A stretch of 64,000 bases of DNA from Octopus sinensis. Lineage: Eukaryota. Location of the stretch: the NCBI RefSeq assembly GCF_006345805.1, contig NC_043007.1, positions 74,958,001 to 75,022,000 on the forward strand, written 5' to 3'. The position numbers were made by a program, and so were the translations under genes. Every line of letters begins with the position of its first letter. Positions within the stretch are counted from its first letter, which is position 1. Below, in pieces: positions 50,823 to 64,000 of the stretch. The notes beneath the pieces were generated by a model that was given only the letters and a program-made list of their open reading frames with translations, was not told the origin of the DNA and did no database searches.

Positions 50823-51599
50823 GTATATAAGTTTCCTTTCTGTCAGTTTAAACAGCATGGGTTGAGTTTGGATAAACACCCAACAATTACCACCTCACTA
50901 GACAATACAGCATTGTTTTTATTTTTTGTTTGTTTGTTTTTATTTTCATTCCTAAGAAAGAAATCCAACTAATCAATTCTTTACTTTCCTCTCATCTTTC
51001 CATACCTTTTGCTAACCTATTTTACACCTGCATGGCACTGTCTTCTTGTTACTTCTATAATAGTAACTATTCTGAAATTTCTAATTTCTTCATCATCTAT
51101 CTCTCTCCTATTGTCTGTTTTGAAACATAGAGTTTATAGATATTTAACATTAATTTCCTTTTTAATAAATTCAACAAGCACTTACGAAACAAACCCTTCA
51201 TTAAATCGCAAAACTGATTTATTTTCTATTAAGTGTCTGTATCATATCTTAAAGTAATAACAAATGAAATTACCAAGACGTAATACAATATTTTCTTCTC
51301 ATGAGTTCAGATTGGACCACATAAATGCTGTTTTTTTCCTGTTTGGAAAGTAAAGAGAAAGTGATTCTGTTTGGAAATTTTCTTTTCTTTGTTATTATTA
51401 TTTATTTATTTTTAGTCAACTTTGATTTCACCAACAATGTATTTGATGTAATCTTTAGTCATCTAACCTTTTAGACATTTGGTTTAGCTACTTTTTCTTA
51501 ATAATTTGCTTTAAGACTTTTAATAAAGCTGCAGTGGTTTTTCTCCAGAGATTTTCATTTCATTTTTTGTCACAGTTGTTTCTTTTATTATTACTATTA

Positions 51600-51657
<58 letters not shown>

Positions 51658-52375
51658 TATTATTATTATTATCATTATTATTCTTTTTGCAACTGTGTGT
51701 TTACTAGAACCCAAACGTCTTCAATAAGACATCATAACAATGGCAAGTTTGTCAATAACTAACAAACTATGTACTCTCACAAAATCCTTCATTCAAACCA
51801 GATTATTTTGTTACAAATGTGTGATCATAACAAATATATTGCTGTATATTTTTATTGCATTTATATGTATAAACGTGGTTGTATAATATATATATTTCAT
51901 TCATTCAGCTCCTGATCCCATAACCATCCTATTTATATATTATATAATTCAAGTGCATACAATACACACTGACCATGCACAAACACTATTAAATGAATTG
52001 GTAGTCAATATATAATATTCAGTTTATAAATAAAGTGCTGCATGAAGAGGCAAATAGGACGATTATCTGTATGTACATATATACATATATAACTGGCACC
52101 CTGTTGGTTATGACAATTAGTGTTCCAGTTGCTCTGATCAACGGAACAGTTTGCTCATGAAATTAGCATGCAAATGGTTGAGCACTCCACAGTATGTGTA
52201 CCCTTAATGTAGTTCTCAAGGAGATTCAATGTGACACAGAATATGAAAAGGCTTGTCCTTTTAATTACAGGTACTACTCATTTTATTTATATAATATTAG
52301 GGCGTATAACTCCAAACTTACAAGGAAAAATTTAATTTAGTATTAAATCAAATTTCACAATATAAATATATAATA

Positions 52376-52659
52376 TATATAAAATAGAGAAAAACCACTA
52401 TTATGCAATTCAAACAAAGATAGACATAAACCAAATCATAAAGAAAAAATAAAATATATTATAAAATATACAACTAGATCACAAAAAGTACAAAAAAAGG
52501 ACTAAACAATATATAATAAGTAAAAAGACTACGTACGTTTTTTTGCCCTTTTTGTGATCTAGTTATGTATTTTATAATATATTTTATTTTTTCTTTATGA
52601 TTTGGTTATGTCTATCATTGTTTGAATTGCATAATAGTGGTTTTTCTCTAATTTATATA
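52376..52659. repeat. Fold-back palindrome with ~120-bp arms and ~40-nt loop
   Basis: TAGAGAAAAACCACTATTATGCAATTCAAACA...AACTAGATCACAAAAAG / CTTTTTGTGATCTAGTT...TGTTTGAATTGCATAATAGTGGTTTTTCTCTA. Confidence 0.92.
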
Positions 52660-52951
52660 TATATATATAAACATATATATCATATATATTATATATGCAT
52701 GTATATTATATGTAATATATGCATATATGTGTTAAAAATATATATTATACATTATATATGTACAATATATTTTATATGTATATACAGTATTTGTGTGTGT
52801 AGATATATTATTATATTATACAGCACACACACACACATATCATTTTACATACAGTCTTCCAGACTGACATATAATGATAATAGTAATATTGATCACAGTG
52901 TTTCAAACAAAACACACACATGTGTGTGTGTGCATATATGCCACATTATCA

Positions 52952-52992
<41 letters not shown>

Positions 52993-53795
52993 GCATCGTC
53001 ATCATCATTTTAGTATCAACTTGTCCATGTTTGCATGGGTCAGGCAGAGTTTATTATAGCAAATTTTAAGGCCAGATGCCCTTCCTGTCACCAACCCTTG
53101 TCTCTCACCCATTTAAAGTGTTGAATCTATTTATATCTGTCACCATTCTATATGCCTGTGATATAGAGTTTAAGACACTCAAATCATTGCATAAGAAATA
53201 GTTTCTTAGTGTGACTCCAATGTTTGGATTTACTCACAAGTAGGAATAGATTACCTGATCTTAACTGTAGATTAATGACTAGTATTAAATGATTACCTGA
53301 TCTTAACTTATTATCTAATCTCAACTACAGGATTAACTGATTAAAGCATATCATTATTTAAATTCTGTTGGAACCGTTTAAAAATTGCAAGACTGTGTAG
53401 TAAAGTCAGAAAATATTAAATCTATAAATATGCACACTTTAATATCTTAAGAGCAATATTCCTATTTTTATCTGATTTGAATGTAATATTTGTTTAGCAA
53501 TTTCACAACTGAAAAGTTTTCGAATTAGAGTCAGTAAATGATTAATGGCAGTTTTTATTTTATTTGAGATTTACTGAATTTCATTTAATTTCAATTGCAT
53601 CTCCAATGTCATTCCCAATTTATGAATCACCAAAGAAATAAAGTTTTCTTAACATACAAAGTTTGTTAAATGTAATGAATTGAAGTCCTTTTGATTTTTC
53701 AAATGACAACGAACTTTTTCTTTTAAAACTCTTCGTAGATAAATTGCTCCTATAATTTCTAATTGTTCACGTTTTGATATTACATCATATATATA

Positions 53796-53843
<48 letters not shown>

Positions 53844-53989
53844 ATATATGCTAGAATTATCTTGTGTATTTCCAATTCTAACTTCTTTCCTTATACCTAA
53901 CAGTAAGTTTTTTTATCACAGTGAATCCAAACAGATTACAGAAACAAATGTATTCTGGACAATCTTCAAGTCCAGAATACTACAATACA

Positions 53990-54195
53990 AATTTTGAAGA
54001 TAATCTCATACAGATGACAATGTCCAGTCTTCCTCTTCTGCAGGTTCCTTCTGTCTGGATTGCTTGACATATCTGTGGCCAAGAGTCATGTAGTCTTCTC
54101 TCATGCACACTACATCTAATTCCTGTTACGCACAATTGTTCTGTCAGTTCTTTTATTGTTCCATTGTTCATGTGTAATCTCTCAAATTTTGACAT
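53990..54195 (-). mobile_element. RTE-like LINE remnant
   Basis: GIRCSVHERRL...EGTCRRGR, the same region as the 48030 remnant. Confidence 0.5.
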
Positions 54196-57100
54196 ATATA
54201 TACGTGTGTGTGTACTTGTGTGTGTTTATGTGTGCGTGTGTGTGTGTTTGTGCATATATCTTTTTTATGTATTTGACCTGAACCGTCCATCCTGTCAGAA
54301 ATAGTCGCCAGATTTCCTAGGAGTCTTACTTGGGATAGAGTAGCATCTTGATGCTAAAGCTAAACCTTCACATACCCTAATGTACCTCCATACATTACTG
54401 TATGTCCATTTTCGTGTCCTTTCATCAATGCCAATAATTATTAACATACTTGATCTTTAATATCATCAGAACAGATAACCAGACATTCTAAATTGGAAGA
54501 ACATTAATTGTACTCTAATATTTCCGATCTGAATGGTTAAACTTCTTTCAGCTACTCACTTAGTAACTATATTTTAAAACTAATGCAGTACCGAATTCTA
54601 TATAATTTTCAGCTTCTCAAGAATCACAAACAAATTGTATTTCAATATTTTCTTGGATATGTAAACTTAATATCTTAATTAACTTCATTTAATTCATTAT
54701 ATAAAATCATAACTAGTTTAACAAAAATAATCATAACTATTTTTTTTTTAAATTCCTAATTAACTCATAGCTTCAAATTAAATTACTTTTTCTATTAAAC
54801 TGCTTTTCAAAAATTAAAAACGATAAAATAATTATGACATAAATGACACAAATTAGTTCTATTTCTGATAAGTAACATTTAAAAAGAAAAAGTATATTGT
54901 TTATTAAATACTTAACTTTTTAGACATCAACAGCAGCATCTTTATTATTTTTTCCCCCCTAATATATTCAGTTTCTCATATTTTTCTTTAAGTTTGGCAC
55001 ACTGCACAAAATATAAGCTACTTAGCCTTATACATTAAAATTGTTAGATGAGAGTAGATCACTTTAGTTCAAAAACTCTTCCTTATTTATTTATAAATAC
55101 ACGAGTATATCTGAGCACCTATGTTAATATTTGTGACTGCCATAACTATCATTTATTGTCGCACAGCTTCAATGCCACATTATCACCATTTATCTATCTA
55201 TATTCTTGCCATTGTTATTTTGTTTTGCTATTTATTGTATGCCTTCCTTGTTGTATTACAACTTGCATATTTTATAATTATTCAAATTATTCATATCTAA
55301 ATTAAAGCAGCACATTATGAGTCAAAATATTAAATAATACCAATATATATGTATTTTAGAGGAGATTCAAAAAGTGCAATACAATTTAAAGTTTCAGTTT
55401 GTTACCAACATTTTGGTTTAATTACAATTCTATACATCACATACTGTGTTTTTTGAAGTTGAAAATGTTTAGTTTATTACAATTGTTACAATTATTTTAG
55501 ATTGTCTTTTAATATGTTCCTGACCTTGAGTCTTTTTTCTATTTGTTTTGTATTTTAAAATACTCTTTTCCTGATTATTACTAGTAATGTTAGCTCTATG
55601 CTAAAACCCCTAATGTTCTTAGACAACAATTTTTGAGGTTTAATTTAATTAACCATTGATTAATATTAAGTGTACATGAAAGGTACACACAACACAATTA
55701 CACGTCTATCAATACTATATACATAAAAACCTATACTGATACAAGAATATATTACCAAAAATCTCAAATTTCTTTCATACATGAAGATAAATTAAAATAC
55801 TAACATTCAATTAAATGCTCCTTTGTCAATTAATATTAATTAATCTAATCAATTAAGCTTCTATAATTTTAAAATGTGTATAAATAGTTTTGTAGCTTCC
55901 TCTTTAGATATAATTTGAAATCAAGGAATGCTGATTGATTGCATTATATATCTATTTATAGTATGTTAATTCGTTGAAACATAGCTGATAGTTGTGGTTT
56001 AATTACTAATAGAGAACAATATCTAAAACTGAGAACCTCAGTCTTTAAAGCTCAAATACCAACCCCGTTAAATTTATAATTCTTCTCTTAAGATTAAATA
56101 GAATGAGTTTTATTAAATCAACAAGGTTATACTTGTACCCATTTTAAAAGTTTGATATTATTAATTAATAATCTTCAAAAATATTAGCAACAAAATGTTT
56201 TTGAAGTTGATTTTATGTTTGCACCTTCATGAAAGATTTGTGCATTTATCCTTGAAGGGTTAATAAATAAGTACCAGTAATATACTGTAGTCAGTTATAG
56301 CTTGTTCTTACAAATATATAACCTATGCAAAATGTACATAACAAAACTACTATTATCATTGATGACAGAATCAAGAGTGTTGGACAAAACACCTATTGGT
56401 ATAGTTACATCTTTTTAGAAATTTCAGCAGAAATCCTAACTCAAGGGTCAATAAAGTACCAGAAACTTACAGAGACTTGATTCTGTCTATTTTAATCCCT
56501 TACTAAAAAAAGACTGGTCTTGTGCCAATATAAGAAACTTTTACCATTATTATTACATTTATGTAGTTAGCTGGCAGAATCAGTTGTATGCTGGACTAAA
56601 TGCTTAGCAGCATTTAATCTAGCATTGCATTCTGAGTTCAGATACTTCCAAACTTGCTTCGTTTGTCATCCATTTGGGGTTAATAAAATAACTTCCAGTT
56701 GACCACTAGGTTTGATGAAATCAACTTATTCCAGCCCGTAAAACATATGCTGGCTTCGTGCCGTAATTTGAAACCATTCTTATTATGTTCCAAAGAGTGG
56801 TATATTGACAGAATCAGTAGAATATCAGATTAAAATGCCTTACATTTTTTCTTCCAGTTCTATACATTATGAGTTCAAATCCCACCAAGGTCAACTTTAC
56901 TTTTCATCCCACCTTGTTGAATAAAATAGAGTGCCTGTCAAATACCGGACTCAATATAGTTGACTGTCTGAGTATTTTCTCTCCCAAATTTCTGACATTT
57001 GTATCCATGTATTATTACATTTCGAGATCAAAACCTGAGTTGACATTGTCTTTCATCTTTCCAGTGTTAATGAAATAAGTTCCTCTTGTAGCAGTAGTCA

Positions 57101-57440
57101 TTTCAAGATGTATTTCAAACAACAACAACAATAAATACTGATCATTTATCCTCAACGATTTGTAATGTTATTCACATAAGTTTTAAAACAAAATTTTTGC
57201 TTATAGAGTTCCTCTGTTTTTTTCTCTCTAGTAACTGGTTAGTTTAGTTTATTTTATAAATCCATAGCTTTAAATAATATAAAATATTTTAAATTCCTTA
57301 ATTGAAATACAAGTTCAAAGTAATAATTACATATACATATAGGCACACTATTACAATTATTTTGATTGCTTGCATGTCAAAGGATAAAATTATGCTAAAC
57401 AAAAATTAATAATAATAATAATAATAATGATAATAATAAT

Positions 57441-57815
57441 AAGGACCTGGAAACTGAAATACAAAAGACATGGCATCTTAAAGTGAGAACTGTTCCTGTT
57501 ATTGTAGGTGCCCTAGGTATGATAAAAAAGGATGTCAGAAACATTTAGATAATACCCCAGGAGAACCAGGTCTCTGAGAAATCTAAAAGATTGTGCTAGC
57601 AAGTACTGCCCACATCCTTAGAAAAACTCTATCCATTTAAATGCCTGTGTTGTATTACATGAAGATATTTCACCACTGCCCCTGCCACTTCCCCTTCCCA
57701 AGCTTTCAGTCATACTGTAACATCTCTTATCCTTCACTTGACCTAAGATGCTGGGTGTGTCTCAGCAAGTGATGGTAACAAACATGCAGATTAAAAGTAA
57801 TAATAGTAATAATAA
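57441..57815 (+). mobile_element. 5'-truncated Dong/R4-like LINE 3' end inside a (TAA)n microsatellite
   Basis: KDLETEIQKTWHLKVRTVPVIVGALGMIKK...KIVLASTAHILRKTLSI*, typical of the RLE C-terminus; AAT repeats on both sides. Confidence 0.8.
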
Positions 57816-58269
57816 CTCTCTTTTGAACAGTGAATCTCAAAGCTCATAAATCTTTAAATAATAGACAACCTTTGAAGTTTTCAATCCCAAAGAGTTTTTC
57901 AACCCAATATTTCCATGTTATTTTTTTATAGCTTTATGTGCTTCAAGATCCACTGTTCCATTAAAAAATTATTTCATGTTCTCCCAAAAGGGTGTAAATT
58001 CTTATAACACCATCATCAACAACAACAACAACAACAATGATAATAATCATTTCTATAATAGACACAAGGCCTGGAATTTTTTGGGGGGGAGGATAGTCAA
58101 TTACATTGACCCAGTATTCAACTGGTACTTATTTTATCGACCCAGAAAGGATGAAAAGCAAAGCTGACCTCAGCAGAATTCGAACTCAGAATGTAAACAT
58201 GAATGAAATGCTGCCAAGCATTTTGTCCGGCATGCTAAGAATTCTGCTGGTTCACCACCTTAATAATCA

Positions 58270-58319
<50 letters not shown>

Positions 58320-59095
58320 GCAGTAACACAAATTATTAAATTGAAACTCATTAAATGTTTATCATTTTGCATGTTATTTATTTTGGATTTTTGTTTGTTT
58401 TTAATTTCATGTAGTTATATTTCTGAATGTTGACAGCTGTTTGTGCATTAATTCTGTCTCAATTCTTACAAAACCAGCTTTCCAATTGCTTTATGCAGTA
58501 AAGATTTTCTTGCTTTATAATTATTTTTGATTGCATACAATATTAAATTATAGTGCATTTAGAAAAATTGTTAAATCTTGTATATAAAACTTACACAAGT
58601 ATTAAGTTTCTCATAAAATCAAAGATATTTTATTGATAAAACTATAAATTTATTAACCTATTTAACCTAACGATATGCTAAGAAGCTACTTTATTATTTG
58701 TTACATCATTACTACTGAATAAAACGATTTTATATTATTTTCTGTGGTAAAGAAATATTTTGGCTAAATTTTCTTAAATGTAAGCAAGTTCAATATCTTT
58801 TTTGCAATAAAGAGGATGATTTTCCAGTGCCATATTCTCAGTATTATTCCCTCTCACAATAAATCTTTGTTTCTTATTATTATTTCATTTCAAAGTCAAT
58901 ATTTTTAAGTGACATTTTATTGAGTTATTTTATTTCTAGATCGTCATTTTATCTTCTGGAGGAAACAATAAACAGTTCAGAATATTAATAACCATCTTTT
59001 GTTTCAAATTTTCAGTTGTTCTTTCCTTTTTGTTTTAATGAAACTTAATGTAATTTAAATTTTCTTTTATTTTTGTCCTTTCTGAAAATCTTTAG

Positions 59096-59244
59096 ACATC
59101 GGCCTGTTCTTGGTGAATGCATTGGAGCTTTTGCTAGCTGTTTTCCGGTGGCATTTTTGGAACCTAAACTCAATACCTATAATAAATTTTCTGTAATGTA
59201 TGGAATTAAAGGAAATATTGCTGAACATTCACTGGAAGCACAAG
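59096..59244 (+). CDS. RyR: RyR exon 27 (phase 2-1)
   Basis: ctttag|A...CAAG|gtatgt; [33 protein letters not shown]. Confidence 0.95.
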
Positions 59245-61169
59245 GTATGTTTTCAAAATAATTTAACACACTTTCTTAATGAACAATTTTAAAATGCTTT
59301 CAGTCCATTAATGCCTTTTGGATTGCCATAGTCATCAACGTTATTGCATTTTTAACTCTGTAAATATTCAACACAGAAATAACTGCAGCGTAATTTTTGC
59401 CTTTTTGATTGGTGCAAATTCTTCTTTACATCATTTTCTTTCTGATTTCATTAAATGAGGCCATTGCTCTACAATAAAATTATGGCTTATAGTTTGACGA
59501 GTATGCAGATTTTTAAACTTATATTATCATGTCTCAGAAATATAATTAAACCTTCAGAGAGTTCAGCAAGACCACTGGTGATGTTTACCATATCTCTGCT
59601 CATCAAAATAAGCTCATCTTCATCAAACTTCTCAGTATTTCTCTTTGCATAGGAATTTATACAAATCCACATAAACAGACATTCTCACACCCAAAATGGT
59701 CAAACACTGACCTATCAGTCTTACTTTCAATATCTCAAAGATGAGAGAACACAGTCATAATAAACAGCATTATGTCATCTTCTCAGGGATCAACAATCAC
59801 TCCAATCAGTTTGCTTTCGATAAAATCATATTGGAGATCTGATTTCCTCTGTCACATGCACCTGTGATGTCCCAATCCTAATGGCCTTTGACAAAAGCAA
59901 TATTCTTACTTTCATCTCAACAAAACGTCCATCCATATCATGCATGAGAACCTTCTAAGTTTCCAATATATGGGTTCCTTTTCTTTTTTGTCTTTTAGAT
60001 TAGAAGTTTCCTGTCTGATCTTTCCATTCCATTATGTATCTATAAGGTCCTTTCTTTCTTAGATGCTGTCATATCTGGTGTATTTTAGGGCTTGTGTATG
60101 TCTCCAGGTTATCCTAGTAATATTCTCACTATTACTTATAAATACATACACAGGGAGACTTGGATTGCCACAGTTGTCGCTATCATTGGGATGGCATAGA
60201 TGAAAATTGTACACACATGCATACACTACCACATTTGTATATACGATGTCTACACATACACACACAAGCGTATGTATATACACGAACTAACACACACTAC
60301 ACGTTATAACATTCATAGATTAAACACTGCTTTAATAGTCTTTAACAATCATATTTTCTGCCTTAGATGCCAACATTAACTACTTATTTATTCTGACAAA
60401 ATAAAGAGTATTCGTAAGTAATATTATTGATGCTTATTTTCTTTCTCCATCCCTCCATTTCCTTTGCCTACTACTACGGGAAGGATTGTGGAGGTAGAGT
60501 CCTCAGGTACCAACTCTGTAGATCTTATCAGAAACTACTGTTATTACACTTTTTGCCTGAATTCTCAAGTGTGGCCAGCTGAGACTGTTGCATAGTAGTA
60601 CTGGCTCTACCTGGAGAATCTTCCTGATTTCTTACCTGTGCACCCTATCAAGTAACATTCCTCCAAAGATCCTTTGGAGGAACCCCATTTTATTAACAGG
60701 AACAGAAAATAGAAGAGAACCCCAATGAAATTTAAACTTATACTGTTTGATTATATACATACAGTTGCTCATGTAATGCATTTTAAAATTATATCATAAA
60801 TATACATACATTTATAGTGAATACACATTTATGATATGTTTGTATTTAATATTATCACCAGCAGCTATGTGTCATTGTCTTATTCAAAAATATATGTCTG
60901 TGTTCTAAAAATGATGATGACATGTTTGCTAATTCTTCTAATAGTTTCCAACAATTCAGACATTTGTTTCTTTGTACATTGATTGATTTTAGCCTATTTC
61001 CTCTGTTGTGATCTCAGGGATTGGCATTTCATTTGAAGTAAATTATTTTATAATTTGTGAAATATGATCCCTTAATCTGTTCTTCAATAATCAGGAGAGG
61101 TTTTGGAACATTTTTAAATTGTATTCATTAGTTCTTAATTGGTCTTCTGGTTCATGCATGTGTTTGCAG

Positions 61170-61217
61170 ATGTCAGTACATCAGAAGGTGAAGCTAAACC
61201 TGAAGAGGGGTCAGATG
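61170..61217 (+). CDS. RyR: Probable RyR 48-nt cassette exon 28 (phase 1-1)
   Basis: ttgcag|AT GTC...GAT G|gtatgg; open, purine-rich, in phase with exon 27; DVSTSEGEAKPEEGSD; I recognise no homologous motif. Confidence 0.65.
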
Positions 61218-62699
61218 GTATGGTCTTCTCTATGCACTTTTTCCTCTTCTCACTAATGAAGTCGATGGTTTCTAAAAGATAGAAACAAACATACTTTATT
61301 TGAGCCGACATTAATAAAAATTATTTCATTTTCTTTCTCTTTACTAGAGAAACAAAATGTTTGAAAAATTTATTTATATAGTTTAGAGGTTACAGGAATG
61401 AAAGAAAAGGAATTTGTGATTCTGAATAATAATTTGACTTTTTAGAAATCTATTTTTGCAAATAGATATCATAGAGATAATTTTCTCGTATATATACACT
61501 TTATTTCTTTTTAAATACTTTATTTGGCTACAGTTTCAAAAACATATCAATTACATAATTCCCAGTTTTATTAAAGAAATAATCAAAGAGGAAGTCTTAT
61601 CACAAATTACATGACAAGTTTAGAAAATAGTTATAATGTATTGCAGACCAAACTATTTTGGTTATAATTCAATAATAAACAGAGAACCACTTCCTGAGTT
61701 CCATAAACAGAACCTAGTAAGAAATTACTATCTTTCATAGTTATATTATTTCTATGAGATGAATCGTTTTAAAATTAAAATACAAATTAAGTTAATAAAT
61801 CATAGATTCTAAATTGCTTCCAACTTCTTTCATTTCTCTCAAATTTATCTGCAAGGAAAAATGATGCAGAATTTTATATAAAACATCAAAGCCATCATAA
61901 GTCTTAACTAATTTACTTGTTCTTTAATCATTGACATTACTAATCCCCATTTCATTTAATTGAACATATTTACTATTCAAACTGAATTTTGAACTTTCTG
62001 TCTTTTTCTATTTTTATTTCTTTATAATAAATTTTCAATTTTTCTTTTGATTTTGGTCCACAGTTTCTGAAAGGAAAAAAAAAACATTCTTTTTTTTTTC
62101 TTTTCTGTTTTCCCCATGTTTTCTCGAATAGAGGCAAATATTGCATTAATTCAATATTTTTGTTTCCTAATTCACTGGTTAAATAATTCATTTAATTTAA
62201 CTCATTATATTTTGCAGAATAAATAATCTTATTTAATATTCTATTTTTGTGAGGTTCTTTAACTTTCATATTAAAAGCAGGCATGGTGGAGTGGAAAACT
62301 ACATTTTCTTTAATAATATACATACAATTAAATTTTAAATTCCCATCTATCTTATAGCTTTACTTTCTGTGGCCAGTTCACCTTTTGTTAGATACATAAG
62401 GATTTTTACATTATCTGTCTCATCTACATATGAAAAACAAAATCCCCCTCACCATTTATGTCACCAACTAACCTACATATGATTTACATGTCACAAGAGA
62501 TCATTATTAATATATAAACTAGCAAATTCCATGTATCATTATTTTTCTTTCAGAAGAAAAAAAATATCAAATTTGTTACTTTTGTCTGAAAAACTTTTCC
62601 TAGCTCTTGGTTCCTGGCATTCTTTGATGTTAATTTATTCTTTATATACATGTACATATGTGTATATGTATAATTAAATATACTCAAGTATATATGTAT

Positions 62700-63025
<326 letters not shown>

Positions 63026-63837
63026 TATCTATATTTTTGTGTGTATGTCCTTGCTTTGACATCATAAATAGTTATAAATGAGTGTCATCATCACACAAGC
63101 AGTGTCTTTTATTTCTAATCTTTTGTAAAAACATACCTAACCCTAGAACATAGCTATATCCAACCTCATCACCATTATCATTGTAATGTCTAATTTTGCT
63201 TGCTTGAATGGATCAGATGAAATTTGTTAAAGCAGATTTTTTTTATGGCCAGACGCCCTTCATGTCACCAACTCTCAAATTGCATTCAAGCTAGGTAATA
63301 CTTCACTGCGGTTGGACATGTTTCCACAGGAGGACACTATTTGTATGATGGTAACAATCATTTCCAACTATAGTGTAATGTGGAAACAAGGAGACATAAA
63401 CATACACACATCCATGCACAAAAGATATGCGTGCATACGTGTGTGCATGTAGCCAAAAGCTTCTTTTGGTTCCTATCTACATGTATGTATGAATGTGAAT
63501 ATATATTTATGTATGGAAGAACCACAGCAGAGTCTTCTACATTTATCTCTTGTTACAATATTTATTTTCTTCTTGAGAATTGCTGTAAGTCTCTACACAT
63601 TTAGAACTAAGTTAATACCTGAATAAAAGATGCTGTAATAATAATTAGTCCTGATTTAAGCACAAGGCCAGCAGTTTTTGAGGGGTGTGTCATAGTGGAT
63701 GCCATCAATCTCAATCTTGACTGGTGCTTTATTTTATCAAACCCAAAAGGATGAAAGGCAAAGTTGACTTTGGTAGAATTTGAATTCAGAATACAGAAGG
63801 ACAGAAAAATTGCTGGCGTTGGACCTAAATCAGAAAC

Positions 63838-63914
63838 AATGATAATGATAATATAGTGTAATAATATAATATAATATAATAATATATATAATAATAACAA
63901 TAATAATAATAATA

Positions 63915-63945
<31 letters not shown>

Positions 63946-64000
63946 AATAATAATAAAAATAATAATAATAATAATGATAATAATGATAATAATAATAATA
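63838..64000. repeat. (AAT)n microsatellite; others at 26105-26168, 51590-51680 and 58271-58320; (GT)n at 536-596, 13963-14048 and 27977-28028
   Basis: Direct reading. Confidence 0.93.

Noticed and set aside
51311-51349. 39-nt phase 2-2 open unit (LDHINAVFFLFG)
   Set aside because: Competing AG inside the acceptor tract, weak donor, U-rich intron-like composition and no RyR similarity.
53895-53910. cctaacagtaagt as a possible recursive splice site
   Set aside because: The G is shared (CAG/TAAGT) rather than forming the required AG|GT junction.
57232-57237. 6-nt microexon-like unit ctctag|TAACTG|gttagt
   Set aside because: Splicing to exon 27 (first base A) creates TGA; there is no support beyond the splice dinucleotides.
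58940-58990. Acceptor-like ttctag upstream of exon 27
   Set aside because: No donor in the right phase, and read-through hits a stop.

Overview
AT-rich eukaryotic DNA. The SINE/LINE families and microsatellite load point to an octopus (coleoid cephalopod) genome; this assignment is inference. The whole window lies inside one plus-strand gene, a ryanodine receptor (RyR). I reconstructed 28 GT-AG exons by hand with continuous splice phases. They total 4,060 nt (~1,353 codons) and cover roughly the junctional/bridging solenoid, RIH/HD1, Repeat3-4 phosphorylation domain and HD2 region, about residues 1970-3230 of mammalian RyR1. Start and stop lie outside the window, and about half of the exons are missing from the ORF track. 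The introns hold a full-length but frameshifted irritans-type mariner, a deleted mariner, a DD37D (maT-like) element and MITEs. They also hold Dong/R4, HERO and RTE LINE remnants, many tRNA-derived SINEs, fold-back palindromes and very long (TA)n arrays. I see no convincing new multi-gene system. The most interesting signals are a possible layer of RyR isoform control and a dense set of intronic dsRNA-forming elements. The isoform signals are a 27-nt microexon, a 48-nt acidic cassette exon with UGCAUG upstream, a candidate 21-nt microexon and a candidate stop-containing alternative exon. The dsRNA elements are plausible ADAR/circRNA substrates. SINE/LINE boundaries are approximate unless a TSD or TIR is cited.
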